Shown here piece by piece: positions 7,081 to 7,678 of a DNA stretch of 7,678 bases. The stretch is taken from assembly GCF_006345805.1 (NCBI RefSeq), contig NW_021828805.1, positions 1 to 7,678 on the forward strand, in the 5' to 3' direction. The stretch is from Octopus sinensis. Its lineage: Eukaryota. The translations under genes and the position numbers were made by a program. Every line of letters begins with the position of its first letter. Within the stretch, counting starts at the first letter, position 1. Under the pieces are notes generated by a model. The model did no database searches and was not told the DNA's origin. It saw only the letters and a program-made list of their open reading frames with translations.

Positions 7081-7616
7081 TTTCTTATGTTTTTGCTTAT
7101 GTGTAGAGTTGCTTTGTTATTCTTATGGAAGTTAATATGACAAGCCATAGACGCATGCAGTCTCTAACAAAACTACATGCATCCTTATACCTATGCAACT
7201 AAGAAAATGTCACTCTCTAGAAATAATCCACTTAGGATTTGCTGCAGAAATCTGCCGCCTTTCACAGCTTATGTTTATCTCTAGTTGTGTTCCACTTAAA
7301 TGCATTTTACGCGCTTCACATACAAAAGATTCTTTGTAAAATTATGCTGTTGGTGTAAGAAAAATAAACAGAGAAAAAGACTATAAAAAATGATACAAAA
7401 ATTTGTAGGAAGAATTAGCGAGTATGAAATAATGACAAAAGAAAAAAAAAGTATAGAAAATGCCAATATTCTGTTATAATGTTATTCTCTGGTGAATAAA
7501 ATTCAGAATGTTAAACGCCAAAGAGGGCTTTCATTTTTCATTGCTTAAAGTTAATCAAAATGAAAGTTCAAATTAGAGTCTACGCTTCGTTTATACTGCA
7601 CATGTACATCGGTAAA

Positions 7617-7678
7617 ACACACACACACACACACACACTAATGCAATGCATACATACAAACATATCTAATCTATCTAT
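7617..7678. repeat. (CA)n followed by CATA/CTAT units at the window end
   Basis: CA run at about 7617-7637, then CATA and ATCT-like units. Confidence 0.9.

Overview
AT-rich, microsatellite-saturated eukaryotic non-coding DNA (intergenic or intronic). The repeat style and SINE sequences suggest an octopus or other coleoid cephalopod; this is inferred from recalled repeat consensus sequences, not from a search. No convincing protein-coding gene, rRNA, true tRNA or CRISPR array is present, and nearly all listed ORFs are translations of simple repeats. Best-supported content: (i) a ~525-bp non-autonomous Helitron-like element (1506-2030) with TC...hairpin-CTAG ends in an A|T target; (ii) a nested SINE pair, with a + strand tRNA-derived CORE-like SINE carrying an RTE/Bov-B-like tail (5324-5597) inserted with a TCACG duplication into a - strand tRNA-derived SINE (5281-5718); (iii) a decayed relative of the inner SINE near 1154-1285; (iv) many simple repeats. 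Speculative leads: a signal-peptide-like Asp/Gly-rich micro-ORF broken by a one-base frameshift (3006-3265), opposite-orientation GAT/ATC triplet blocks that could form dsRNA, and three small CpG-containing islands with YY1, NRF1 and E2F/E-box motifs plus strong splice signals. I do not see decisive evidence of a new biological system.
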